Part shown: positions 1 through 12,707 of the stretch, piece after piece
How the letters are laid out: every line of letters starts with the position of its first letter
How positions within the stretch are numbered: the stretch's first letter is position 1
NCBI GenBank assembly: GCA_016748015.1
Contig: JAAOMT010000435.1
Span: forward strand, 62,001 to 126,000
Direction of reading: 5' to 3'
Source of the DNA: Geosiphon pyriformis uo1
Lineage: Eukaryota; Fungi; Glomeromycota
Length of the DNA stretch: 64,000 bases
Translations under genes and position numbers: made by a program
The notes under the pieces: model-generated
What the model was told of the DNA's origin: nothing
The model's database searches: none
The model's input: the letters and a program-made list of their open reading frames with translations, nothing else

Positions 1-167
1 AGAGTTCAAGAAATAATTTTAAATTGGATTTTGTTGATATTATTAATTGTTGGGCAATTAAGTTAGGTGTAAATAGTCAAGTATTCAAATTTTATGTAAA
101 ACTTTAAAAAAAAAAATGAAAAAAAGTAATTTCCAATTGATGATACAATTTAAATCTCGTACCGTGA

Positions 168-262
168 ACTAACCAACTAATCACAACCAACTAACTAATT
201 AACTAACTAATTAACTAACTAATTAACTAACTAATTGACTGACTGATTATTGATTAGTTATT
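168..262. repeat. Compound AACT / AACTAACTAATT tandem repeat
   Basis: Seen directly. Confidence 0.8.
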
Positions 263-1083
263 TCAATATCATATCTTTCCCTATCTGGCAATGAATAAGG
301 CTTTAAATAATATTGTTGTTAGTGTTTGTGGCTTAATTCTTGTTATGTTTTTCCGCGATACAAGTTACTTAGATTGAGAGTCACATTAAGAACGGGGAAT
401 CGTGGATTTTCTTGATTGGCTGAAAAAAAAAAGTAATAGTTAAATTTTTAGGTTTTTTTTAGGTTTTTTCTTCAGTCCCTTAAATAACTTTGAATGAGTA
501 AAAAATTGTACCAGATCGTTTTATGTATTAATCAAATCTATAAATCAATAAAGTTATTCTAATTATCTTCCTCTTTTAATAATTAGGTCAATAGATTCAG
601 TTAGCAGGAAAAGATAGGCTTCAAGACTGTACAGAATCTTTAGAAATTGATGTTGAGGAAAAATTTTGGGCAAAAATTTACAGATAAAGATCAATAATTT
701 AATAGATGAGTCAATATCCAAAAATTTTCAACATCTTTCTGCAAAATTAATGACAAGAAAAAAAATGAGAATTCAAAAAAAAAACCATTATTAAAAAAGA
801 ATCTCATATAAATTATAAAAACTTTCACACGACTACGACTATTTTTGTAATCAACTACAACTATTAATCAACTTTGTCAATACAATAAGATTTATCATAA
901 ACATGAAGAAAGGGTTTGTAGACAAAGGATACAAAGATAATCAATCCATTATTTCTAAAATTATTTCAAACTGTGACAACAGTAGGGGGGGCAGCATTTT
1001 TTTAAAGAAAATTGGTAACATACGAAGTAAAGTGTTCAAAAATGATTTTGGAGAAAAAATTTTTGCTGGTATTTTTAAATTAT

Positions 1084-2138
1084 TTATACTATGTAGAGAA
1101 CGGTAAGGGCAATTAAGATTAGAGGAGCGAATAGATTATAAATAATAGGCATGGAACTTGCAGCGTTGTTTGAGTTAGTGTTGATGTTACCGCCAGTTGC
1201 TCTGAAATGATAAGTGAGGAATTGTTAGGGGATCATTTAAAGATATATCTCTATCTCAATTTCAATTTCAATTTCAAAATCTCTTCCGAATCCTTACCTT
1301 GGAGATGTGGAAGTGGTGGTTGTGGATGAAGATTTTGAAGAACCAGCTGAGGAAGAGGTGGGAGAAGAAGATGAGGAACCAGAACTAGAAGAGGTGTTAG
1401 AAGTAGTGCTACCTTTACCAGTGCTAGTCGAAGGTCCGTTGGATTTAGAACCGCTGCTGCTGCTGCTGCTATTATTGTTATTATTATCATTATTGTTGGA
1501 GGAATTTGAACCGGCAGTGATTTGGAAATCACCAGAGTAGACATTTTGACTAGTACCCTGTAAAATTAAATTGTAAGTTCCTGGATCGGCATCCACGTTC
1601 CATTGATATGATCTTTGGTTGAGGAGAACATCTGACAAGAGTATTTGGCTATTCCCTGTATTCTTGTTACGGAGAAGGAGAGATCCTTTGGCATCATCTG
1701 GACCATCCCATGTCCACGTAATTGCTACTTTACTTCCTTTTGGTTGATTAAATGGTGTATTGATACTCAATTCTAAAAAAAAAGTCAATAAAATGTTAGA
1801 GGTTAGAATATACTTGTTAAGGTATCTTATGTGGTGGTACAGGGAAACGTCTTGAGAGTTATCAGTATTTTGGTGAAAAAAGGAAATTTAAATAATTTCT
1901 TCCTTCGCAGAGACTCAATATTTTTGGATATTACTTGAGGAAGAAACCAAAAGAACCGAAGCAAACATATGACAACACACTTTTCTCAGACATTTCGTTC
2001 AAACCAAAAACCGAAACTTTCTAACGTATGTAAAAACCTGTTGCAAAATATAATTTCATTTATTACTTTACCTGCACTAACTAACGCCAATAAAGTGAAT
2101 AATAAAGCAAGAAAAACAATAGGGCGACCCATTTTCAT
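1084..2138 (-). CDS. Secreted, probably GPI-anchored Ser/Thr-rich cell-surface protein (Kre9/Knh1-like N-terminal domain); exons 2138-2072, 1772-1298, 1201-1084
   Basis: Spliced across GT-AG introns it reads signal peptide MKMGRPIVFLALLFTLLALVSA, then ELSINTP..VAITWTW..YQWNV..GTYNL..YSGDFQI, an S/T/N-rich stalk and hydrophobic tail NAASSMPIIYNLFAPLILIALTVLYIV*. Confidence 0.85.
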
Positions 2139-2224
2139 GAAGAGGAAGAGTAAGTTCTTTTACAAATTATGCTCTAGAAAAAGAAAAGAGAGGGAAGGAA
2201 TATATATGTGAGGATGTGCGGGAG

Positions 2225-2290
2225 CGTGTGGGTCTGTGTGTATATATATATGTGTGTGTGTGTATGTGTCTGTGTGTGTATCTGTCTGTG
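2225..2290. repeat. (TG)n/(TA)n microsatellite upstream of the GPI-protein gene
   Basis: Seen directly. Confidence 0.85.
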
Positions 2291-3882
2291 TGGACAGGAG
2301 CGGTTTTCAAGTAAGGCCAAATGGGTTTCTTTCTTTATTTTTCTATTAGAATTTAATTGAAACAACAACAAAATAATAATATTAATAATAATGATAATGA
2401 TAATGGGAAAGGATTATCTCGCGAGAAAAAATGTTAACTAATGGGATGAAGACTGAAGTAATTTTCTTTTTTTTTTTCTTACTTTCAGAATATCGGAAAG
2501 GAAGGTAGGATCGAGCTTGGGTATTTATAATTATGATAGTGATAGCAAACAAAAAACTTGAAACTGTAAAGATGGGAATTTCTGAAACTTTATTGTATTT
2601 AGTAAACGAAAAATATATAATAGTTATTGTTATTGTTTCAAAATAAAAAAAATAAATAAAACTTTTAATTCTTTTACAGTTTTTTTTTTTTATATCAGTG
2701 TTCCCAATTTAAAAAAGGTTTTCTTTGATGGATAACCGATACATAACAGGGGACTATGTGTTAAACCAACAATGAAAAGGGAAATGACAACTCGGGGTCG
2801 ACACACAAATTTGGCGAGGCGCAAAAAAAAATCTTAAACTTGAGGTATGTAATATGATGTATGCATGTGCAGTAAGTAGGTTTACTGTTTACTTTGACTT
2901 CGATTAATGGAAAAGAATCTTCAAAAAAAGGTATTTTGGTATTTAATGGGATACTGTTGACTTTTTATGATTGATATATTAAATGATTTGGGGGGTGGGG
3001 GGGGGGGGGGGGGGGGGGGGGGGTTTTTTTTTTTTTTTTNNNNNNNNNNNNNNNNNNNNAAGAGGAGTTTTTTTTTTTTTTTGAATACATTTACTTTGAT
3101 TCTCTTAAATAAGAACACTGGAATGATGATATGCATATTTTCTAACAAAATGCATTGATCGAAATGTTGGGATCATGTAATAGGGATTTGTTAAAGGCCA
3201 AAAGATTAGCAAATTCATGAAAAGGGATAAAAAAATTTTTTTTCCAAAGGGTCTATAATTCTAAATGATCGATGTTCGATCGATCAGTTCGTCGGCCTTT
3301 GTTAATATAAAGCATACGTAATTAACAAAAAAACCAAAAAAGTGTAATAATAATAAAAACTTTTTAAAGTATTTCAAAAGACGTCAGCCTGCCCGAAATG
3401 TGAAATCAAGAATTTTTTTTTTTTAAAATTATTTAATTTATTATTACTATTACCAAAATCAAAATCAAAATCAAAACACCACCACCACTGCCACTATTAT
3501 TACAAAAAAAGTATTTTTTATTAATTTAGCCTGGTAAAGGCAACTAAAGAAAATTTTTTTTTAAGCGATTCAGGATTGCTAATAAAATTTATGAATCAAC
3601 CAAATATTTTTGGAAAATTATCATCCATTCAATTTCTTATACTCGAGAAATTTTTTTTTTTTTTTAAACTGTCTATAGAGATTAAAAGAGTTACATACAT
3701 ACAAACGTTTTTTCTCCACATTTTTTTTTGTATTCTGAAATTAATTATTTACGGAGGTCAAAGTTCGAAAAAAAGGTTATGTGAATGATGGATTAATTGT
3801 TTTCCATATTTTTTTTATTTTTTGTTAATAATTTCTAGTAGAACCTCGTTTTATTTTTAACACCAACTATTGCTAATAGTAA

Positions 3883-3905
3883 ACAACAACAATAACAACA
3901 ACAAC

Positions 3906-3963
<58 letters not shown>

Positions 3964-3975
3964 TTAATAATAATG
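3883..3975. repeat. (AAC)n(AAT)n microsatellite
   Basis: Seen directly. Confidence 0.95.
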
Positions 3976-4331
3976 TTATTACTATTATTATTAATATTAA
4001 CATCATCACCTTCTCTTTCAACCCATCAAAGCACAATGGCATATTAAATAATTGGTATAGTGTGGTGTTAAATCTCTTTTCCCTATTTGAAACATATTTT
4101 CCGCGTTAACCTCAAAAAGTTTTGGAAATTACTTCATGTTTAAAACTCGCGCGATATCTCATCCAATAATTTTCCCAAGATCCTTCAGATTTTTTAAGTA
4201 GCCGTTAATCTCGGGGTTGATTGATTGATTGGTTGGTTGGTTGGTTGGTCGGTCGGTTCTAGTGAATTACTCCTCGTTCTATTTTTATTTATTAAACATT
4301 TATACTAATTTACCCTCTTGGCATTCTATTA

Positions 4332-4366
<35 letters not shown>

Positions 4367-5827
4367 TAAAAAAAACACCAGTATTTGAAATGTGTTCTGT
4401 AGACTGTATTACGAGGGAGACCGACGTGTTGTGTCCCATTTATTTGTCTCATAATTTTGTTATTTCACATTAACCAGCATGAATTTTAAAAAGAGATAAT
4501 CCCAGCCAGCCAGCCAGCCAGCCAAGAAAAGATCTTGACTTTTTTAAGGTAAAAAAAGAATGACAAATTTCTAAAAGAAATGCTCGAGTTCAAGATTTTC
4601 TTTGAAAAACCAAAAATCAATTCCCTTTTCGGTGATTAAAAGTCGGGCTTTTCGAGTAACACGGGTAGTTTTCCAACGTTTCCTATGATCTACTGGTCAT
4701 TTGCCTTTAAACAAAGTTGGTTCAAAAGAATCAGGGGGTCAAGAATCTTATCAATTGCGTAACCTTTGAATCAGAAATTTCGGATCAAAGTATTTTCTGA
4801 AAATATAATGACGATAATATGATCAGTGACCAACATCTTGCATGTCCTAACCGTCTTACTAATTCTTTTTGTGCAATTTTCCCACAAACAATTTTAGTTT
4901 GAGAAACGGGTTTGACTTTACCGAGAATAGGCTACTCTAGATATTGCTGAAATCTTTCCAAATAAAATTAATACCAGAATTTTTTTTTGTTTACTTGAAA
5001 AACCAATTATAAATGGGTTTTAATAATGGAGATAAAAAAAATAGGTGGTCGAAAATAATTATCATCATCATCATCATCATTATTATTATTTTTAATTTTT
5101 TTTTTTGATACATGTATTATCATATTATGTTATTATATTATCATCTAAATGTCAAATATGATAATCAAAAAGAATTTCCGAAAACTTGTCTTATCCAAGT
5201 TGAATTCTTTTTTTTTTTTTTTAAATGTATAAAAAAAGGTTTACCTTATGAAAAACATTTAAAAAAATTATTATCCATGATGCTGTGAAATATTTATTAT
5301 TGTAAAAATTTGTAATTAACTAAATATTTGCATATACATTAAACTTTTTTAATAAAAACCAATTCTCCGTATAACGGGAATTCAAAAAAGATTTTGACGG
5401 TTTAAAATTTTAATTTATTTAACATTATAAAAAGAAATTAAAAATTTATATAAATTTCATGTTAAAAAAAAAAAACAACAACAACCAGACTCTTTGAATC
5501 TAATCGAATTAATTAATTTTTAAATAACCTACGATCCATTCCATATCACAATAAACAAAATTACATTTATCATTAAAAATAATAATTTATCATTTAATTT
5601 ATCATATATATGTATATGTATATATATATATATTAATAAATCATAATATTTTTTAAGTCCCAAAATATTGAAAATTCATTTTCTTTAAATAATTAAAATA
5701 ATATCATACCAAATTTCAAAATATCAAATTCAAAGATCTTTGACGATTGCCGATCAATTTCTAATTGAAAATTTGTCCCGACTTCCATCACTCATATCTT
5801 TTGCCTGTTTCTTTTAGCCAAAAAAGG

Positions 5828-7646
5828 ATGCTATTCAAAAATTCCTCAAAGCTACGGATACACTCTTTACCTTATACCTTCTCGACTACACCTCAAATTC
5901 AAAGACAACTTTGTTCACCCAATCTATTTTTAACTCACATAGGCCTCTCTACTCGACTCCTTTCTACAAAGACACAACAATCACGACCCATTACCACAAA
6001 GCTTCGCAACTTTTTACTTGGGACAACCGGAATCCTTTTTACCACCTTATTTATTGACTATTATTTTGACTCTCGCGCTGCCGTTCACAAATATGTCATT
6101 ACCCCGCTACTACGTGCTACTATTGATGTAGAGCAAGCACATAAACTAGCCATCTGGACAGCCAAATGGGGGTTGACTCCTCGTGATCGATTACCTGACG
6201 ACGAACGTTTGGCGGTTGAAGTATGCAATCGACGCCTCAATTATGTCTATCAACTGAAAAAAATCTCACTTTAATCGCCCCATTTAGGTATGGGGCAAGA
6301 AAATCTCCAATCCAGTGGGACTTGCTGCAGGTTTTGATAAAAACGGTGAAGCAATAGATAGCATGTTTGACTTGGGTTTTGGTATTGTGGAGATTGGTAG
6401 TATTACTCCTGAACCCCAGGTATTTGAGAGAAATAAAGTTCCTTGAACAAGTGCTCAATGCATTGCTCTTTCATCTTGGTATATACCTTCAAATCACTGG
6501 CGAATAGTTAAAGATCTAATAACCAACAAGGAACACGCGATAATTTAAAAATAGCCCGGAAATCCAAAACCTCGGGTATTTCATCTGAAATCGGATAGAG
6601 CCTTGGTCAATCGATATGGTTTCAACTCTGATGGTCATCGTCAAGTTGCTCTACGTCTTCGTGAACGACTTCGTCGATATTTTCACAGATCTGCTAAATT
6701 ATATCCGAATGAAACTGCTGCCTTATTAGCCGCCTCTACCGACGGATTTGCCTCTCTATCAGATGTCTTGGGAACAAATAGAAGTCTTCGACATGATCGA
6801 ATATTAGGGATCAATCTCGGCAAAAATAAATCAAGCTCCCCCAATTCCCATGAAGATTATGTGACGGGCGTCAAAACCTTGGGAAACTTTGCCGATTTTT
6901 TAGTAATAAATGTTAGTAGTCCAAATACTCCCGGTTTGAGAAGTCTCCAGCGTCGAGGTGTTTTGGAGGATTTATTGCGTAAGGTGTGGTCTCTTTTGTA
7001 ATATAAGCTGTTTGAATTCTAGATCAAGTTATTTCTTTCATGTTGATTAATTAAAACTACACCATAGGTAATGAATGCACGTGATACTCTTCAAAAACCG
7101 CGACCACCCCTATTGGTCAAAATTGCTCCAGATCTCTCCGATGAAGATTTGCGAGATATTGCATATGCCGCCTTAAAGAGTCGCGTCGATGGCATCATTG
7201 TTTCTAACACAACCATTTCAAGACCCGATACCTTAGAAAGTGGTAGATATTTTAAATTTGTATTCCTTTTTGAGTAATTCAGCCTAATTCCTGTTAAATG
7301 TAATATTCATGATTCAATTTTAATAATTTTAGATCCTGAATTGATTGCGGAAACTGGAGGATTATCCGGGCCTCCTTTAAAACCTCTTGCACTTCACGCA
7401 TTAAGGGAAATTTATAAACACACACAAGGGAGGTTGATTCTTGTTGGATGCGGAGGGATCAACGACGCTCGAGATGCATTGGAATATGCACGTGCAGGTG
7501 CAACCTTTGTACAAGTATATACTAGTTTTGGTTATGATGGTGTTGGGAAACCGAGAGAGCTCAAAGATGGTATTTTAAGAGAGCTAAAAGGGAAGCGCTG
7601 GATTGATGTTATTGGGGAAGATTGGCAACGTAAAAGGGAGATTTGA
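5828..7646 (+). CDS. URA9: Mitochondrial class-2 (quinone) dihydroorotate dehydrogenase, 5 exons
   Basis: Targeting peptide plus TM segment, then [62 protein letters not shown]; four GT-AG introns. Confidence 0.95.
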
Positions 7647-8501
7647 ATGTGATACTGTGCCACCAAATTACAGTATCTTGGTATATTGATACTTGGAAAT
7701 AATCAGACTTCATGTCGATGCGTCTATGGGGAGGTGATAATAAACGACATGATTTCGAGTTAAAAAAAACACAAACAGGGTCATTTACTTTTTTTACTAA
7801 GCTTCATCATTTTATAAAATTATATATTTAGAATTTACAATTTGATAAGTTTCAAATATATCAAGTTTTACATATAACATGTCTTTCTGAAATCAGAGCC
7901 CAATTCCGCATTCCTTTGGAAAATCGGGTAAAATTCCAATTTTATTGTTTAATCACCTTCTTACCAATCAAATATCGTCAGCCTGCAAAATTCGCTCTCT
8001 TGATCGTATCCTTCTTTTTTTTCCTCGTCGTTCATATTCACATTCTATATAACTTATTTTTAATTATGTTATTTCGGTGTTTGCGCTATTTGGACTATTA
8101 GTTCGCTTGCTCTCTTGCTTTTCTAATTGCTCTATACGGGCTTATTACCTCCCTAATATCCCTAATTTCTAATATAAAATTTTCACAATTGCTGCAATTG
8201 TCAATAATTGTTTTTTTTGGTTGGTTATAACTGGTATAATTGCCGTCGGGCTGGGCTATTTCGTGGTTCAGGTCTTTATATATGGCTTGGTCGCGCTCTT
8301 GGTCTAGTCTTTCGGCTGTAAATGTGTATTTAGTATTCATAATTGCTTGCTATTGGGACTCATTTCCTGAATCTAATCAATGATCTAAATCTTTTTTCCA
8401 AAGCCAATCAAATTCAAAGAACGGATCACGAGCTCAATACTATAGGCATATATAAAAAAATATAATATTGCACTGAGCGAGTGTCACAGGTCAATACCAA
8501 G

Positions 8502-9907
8502 ATGTCTTCTAATTTATCGGGACGAGTGGTCTTAATGTATTTAATATTCTTAATAAAAATCTATTTGATATAGGTTTAATCTTCATTATGGTTTTTTGAG
8601 CAGCACAGGTGCATCGTCAGGTATTGGGGCTGCAGCTGCGCTTGAGTTTGCAAAACACGGGTCAAATTTAATATCCTTTAATGATTAAAATCATAATTAA
8701 AATCATAATTAAAATCATAATTAAAATCCCAAGTTTATTGAAATTGTCTCCTTGCTACAAAATTACATTATTTTTGCAAGACGTGGTAAATGTCTCATCG
8801 AATTGCGCGACAATATCATTTCACAATACCCTTCGGTCCAGGTTCATCACAGTGTGGTTGATATTCGAAATAAGGATGAAGTTGATCAAGCGGTCGCCAA
8901 CCTTCCAGAGAATTTCAAAGATGTTGATGTGCTAGTGAATAATGTGGGTATCAGTCCATAGAATTTTAAATGTGAAAATTCGAACTGAGAATATTTTTGG
9001 AAAATCGATTTAAAATCGCTACAACTACTACCACCACTACTACTAGGCTGGCATAGCGATTGGGTTTGACCCTTTGGAAGAGAGTAAACACCAAAATGTT
9101 ATTGCTGTTTTGGAGACCAATATCAATGGTGCGATTTATATGATACAAGCTATTCTGCCCAGCATGAAAGCACGTAATTCAGGAGACATAATTAATATTG
9201 GTAGCATCTCAGGTATGTTGATTGCTTTACTAATTAATTTATATCTTTTTTATTTCCAAGGTCTAAATCTTTGAAAGGGAATCATCAGGGCAACAAACTC
9301 ATCAATATGGAAACGCAATTTATTCTGGGTCAAAATTTGCCTTAGAAGGGATAACACTGTAATTCTATTTCTTTCTCTGTTCTTGATGTAATTCGGGAAG
9401 CATTAATTCTCCCTTACTCACCCCCAAAAATTAGATCCATTCGTAAGGAACTTGTGGCTACCAAGATACGCGTAATATTAATTCGTCCAGGTGAGGAGAA
9501 TTTACCTTTCCAAATTATTTAAAATCAATTTTTCTTTAATCCGAATACGATTTATAATCGGTAGGCGCGGTTAAAACGGATTTTACAAGCCTAAGAGCTG
9601 GTGGAAAACCGGATTTTGACGATATATTTTACGCGGGATATGATCCACTTGTCGCCAAAGATGTTGGTGTGTATTTTCATTTCTCGATGACTAAGGGATC
9701 AATCTTAAAATTCATATCTAATTTCCGACATTTTGTTAATTTTTTGTATGTTCAGCGGATTGTATAATTTTCGCTGCTGCTAGACCAAATAACGTCGTAA
9801 TTTCTGAATTAACTGTGCTTCCAAATGCTCAAGCTGACATGACCCTCATTCATCGAGAAGGTAATGTAGGACCTATCCCGGCAAAAGATAAACCTAGGTA
9901 TCCGTGA
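8502..9907 (+). CDS. Classical short-chain dehydrogenase/reductase (YdfG/YMR226C-like), 8 exons
   Basis: Spliced product has ITGASSGIG, IIFARR, VLVNNAG, IINIGSISG, catalytic YSGSK, IRPGAVKTDF; stop TGA at 9905-9907. Confidence 0.9.
8671..8766 (+). other. AT-AC minor-spliceosome (U12-type) intron in the SDR gene
   Basis: Starts ATATCCTTT, has TCCTTG branch-like motif about 15 nt from the end, ends TAC; removal joins KHGSNL|IIFARRG, retention gives in-frame stops. Confidence 0.88.
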
Positions 9908-10684
9908 TTTTTTTATTACTTTTAATATGGAAAAAGTCTCCTCAACAATAAAAGAAATCTTCTGAGTTGTTTATGAAAATTGATCTATTTTAATCGAATC
10001 ATTTTTTGTATATGGTATTTGAGACCGGAACTCAAAATTGAAAAATATTTTCTCTATTTATGTAAAAGAAATTGATTTTAGCAGGCTAATTTGATGGAAG
10101 GCTACATATATTGACTCACTTGTTAAATACCGAATAGCTCATTGAACTTTCAGCTAGGTCCCGAGAACTTGGTTTCATTAACGTTTATCTTACCCAAGCT
10201 CATATGATTTTCTTTTTTTGCTTCTCAGAGTTTACAACCACAAAGTGATATACAAAAATCAAGGCAAATACTATTGCGCCGAGTGTATTTACCAAAGCCA
10301 TAAGGGTCGTGTCTTCCATCATTTTGTATAAAAGGTTTGATAAACAGTCAACTTTAACTGTTCTATTTGTATCGAAGTGGAAATTTCGGTTGCTGCAGCG
10401 CAGGTTTTTTCGTTTTCGACAAGATGGACTTTTAAATTGTAAACAGTTATTGAGTAGATCAAAGTCAAAAACTTAAACTTTCGTGTCCTTTACTTATCAC
10501 TTACAGTACAAAAAGCTAAAAACTGTGCCTGTTCAGTTGATTTTGATTACTCGTATTTACTATTTATATTATATTATCAATAAGAGTAACATCAGTTTGA
10601 TAATAGATCATATATAAAACACAGACCATTTACCTACAACACTTTGTGAACTGAACCCAAACTTCGGAATTCGATTCTTTCAAC

Positions 10685-12417
10685 ATGTCAACAATAATCG
10701 AAAAGATCGCCGAGAGTAAGTGTTTAAAGAATCACTTCTCAGCTCTACCTCAGTGCTGTTATATAAGCTGTGTTCTCTTTTGAACCTAAATAGTTGAAGC
10801 CGAAATGGCTCGGACACAAAAGAATAAAGCTACTTCTTACCATTTGGGTACATTAAAGGCGAAACTTGCAAAGCTGCGTCGAGAACTTATAACACCCTCT
10901 GGTGGAAGTGGAGGTGGTAGTGGCGGTATGTATTCGAAAGTTCATCTTAAACTCACTTAAAAATGACAAAAAGCAGTCAATTACAACTTTTTTATGAGTA
11001 CTTTTTCTCCTCTATAGTGGGTTTCGACGTTGCCAAGACGGGCGTGGCTCGAATTGGGTTTATCGGTTTGTATTTGCGATACAAATCATTAGCTCAATCT
11101 CCGGGTGAAATTAATTTCAATTATGAATTGTGGCTTTTCAGGATTTCCATCAGTGGGAAAGTCTACCTTAATGTCAAAGTTGACCGGTACTTTTTCGGAA
11201 GTTGCTTCATATGAGTTTACAACCTTAACGACAGTGCCCGGTGTACTTCAATATAAGGGTGCCAAAATTCAAGTAAGAAAGGTTTATATATGATTCGGAC
11301 CTTAATGGTCGATTTTCAATTCCTGATTTAATTCTTTTCTTTTAAGATTCTCGATTTACCTGGAATTATTGCTGGGGCTAAAGATGGAAAAGGGCGTGGT
11401 CGCCAAGTCATCGCCGTTGCCCGTACTTGCTCTCTGATTTATCTTGTACTTGATGTACTAAAACCATTAACACATAAAAAAATCATTGAGAAGGAATTGG
11501 AGGGCTTTGGTATTCGCCTTAATAAAAAACCACCAAGCATTTACTTTAAAAAAAAGGAAAAGGGTGGTATTAACATGACAAACACTGTACCATTGTCCTA
11601 TTTGGATTTGGATCAAGTCAAAGCTGTCTTGGGTGAATACAAAATTCATAATGCAGATCTCATGTTCAAATGTGACGCTACAGTCGACGAATTGATTGAT
11701 GTTATTGAAGGACGTGTATATATTCCCGCAATATACGTCTTAAACAAGGTACTTCACTATTTCTTATAATTGCGAGTTACAAACATTCTTTCGTTCAATT
11801 TTGAATAACAACTCTAACCAAGTTTTTTTAGATTGATCAAATTAGTATTGAAGAATTGGACATGATTTATAAGATCCCCCATGCGATACCGATTTCTGCT
11901 CATCATGTAAAACATTTTTTGTTTCAAAAATTTGTCCAAAATAAACACTCGCCTAAACATGTTCGACATTTCTGTATAGGAATGGAACTTTGATGAGTTA
12001 TTGGAAAAAATGTGGGAATATCTCAATCTTGTTAGAATGTAAGTTTTACACTGATTTAATTATCCCATTGCTATGCCCTCTGAGTGACTAACTCGTTGTT
12101 GTGTTATTAATCCTTCGCAGCTACACAAAACCAAAGGGACAACTCCCCGATTACAGTGCACCAGTAGTATTGCGAGAAAACATGCAAACAATTGAAGATT
12201 TTTGTAACAGCATTCATAAAGGAATTGTTAAAGAATTCAAATAGTAGGTATATCTCCGTTTTCTTGATATTCTTTTAAACCTATAAAGCTAATTATTTTA
12301 TGATATTCATATAGTGCACTAGTTTGGGGTAGTTCTGCTAAGCATCAACCACAAAAGGTTGGATTGAATCATGTATTGTGTGATGAAGATGTGGTGCAGC
12401 TTGTGAAATCCGGTTAA
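10685..12417 (+). CDS. RBG1: Developmentally regulated GTP-binding protein 1 (OBG family), 9 exons
   Basis: [42 protein letters not shown] and C-terminal TGS domain. Confidence 0.95.
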
Positions 12418-12707
12418 AGTGATTGGTCCACTTTTATCTTATGCGAGAAGGTATCTTCCATAAGATTATCTCACTTGCTGCCTTTTACTACTAATATATA
12501 TTTTTGCTTTTGACAATGATTGGCTTTACGAGCGGTAAACTTTTTCGCTGCATGAGAAAACCAATAAAACACAAAGGATCCCGGTACCTATTATCCAGCC
12601 TCTAATTACACAATCACTTCTTAAGATAAGTCACAATCAAGTTCAATTATGTCAAATCGATAGAAGATGGATTTTCGATCTCACCTGAAAGAATAATAAA
12701 TTCTTCT

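Noticed and set aside
1251-1544. Alternative-frame and antisense ORFs over the GPI-protein gene
   Set aside because: Shadows of the Ser/Thr/Asn-rich exon
2921-3158. Poly-Pro/Gly ORFs and a long G run
   Set aside because: Homopolymers beside an N gap; probably sequencing or assembly artefact
3857-4109. Poly-Leu and poly-Asn ORFs
   Set aside because: Translations of an (AAT)n microsatellite
5765-5827. Upstream TTG start for DHODH given in the ORF track
   Set aside because: Eukaryotic gene; ATG at 5828 begins a plausible mitochondrial presequence
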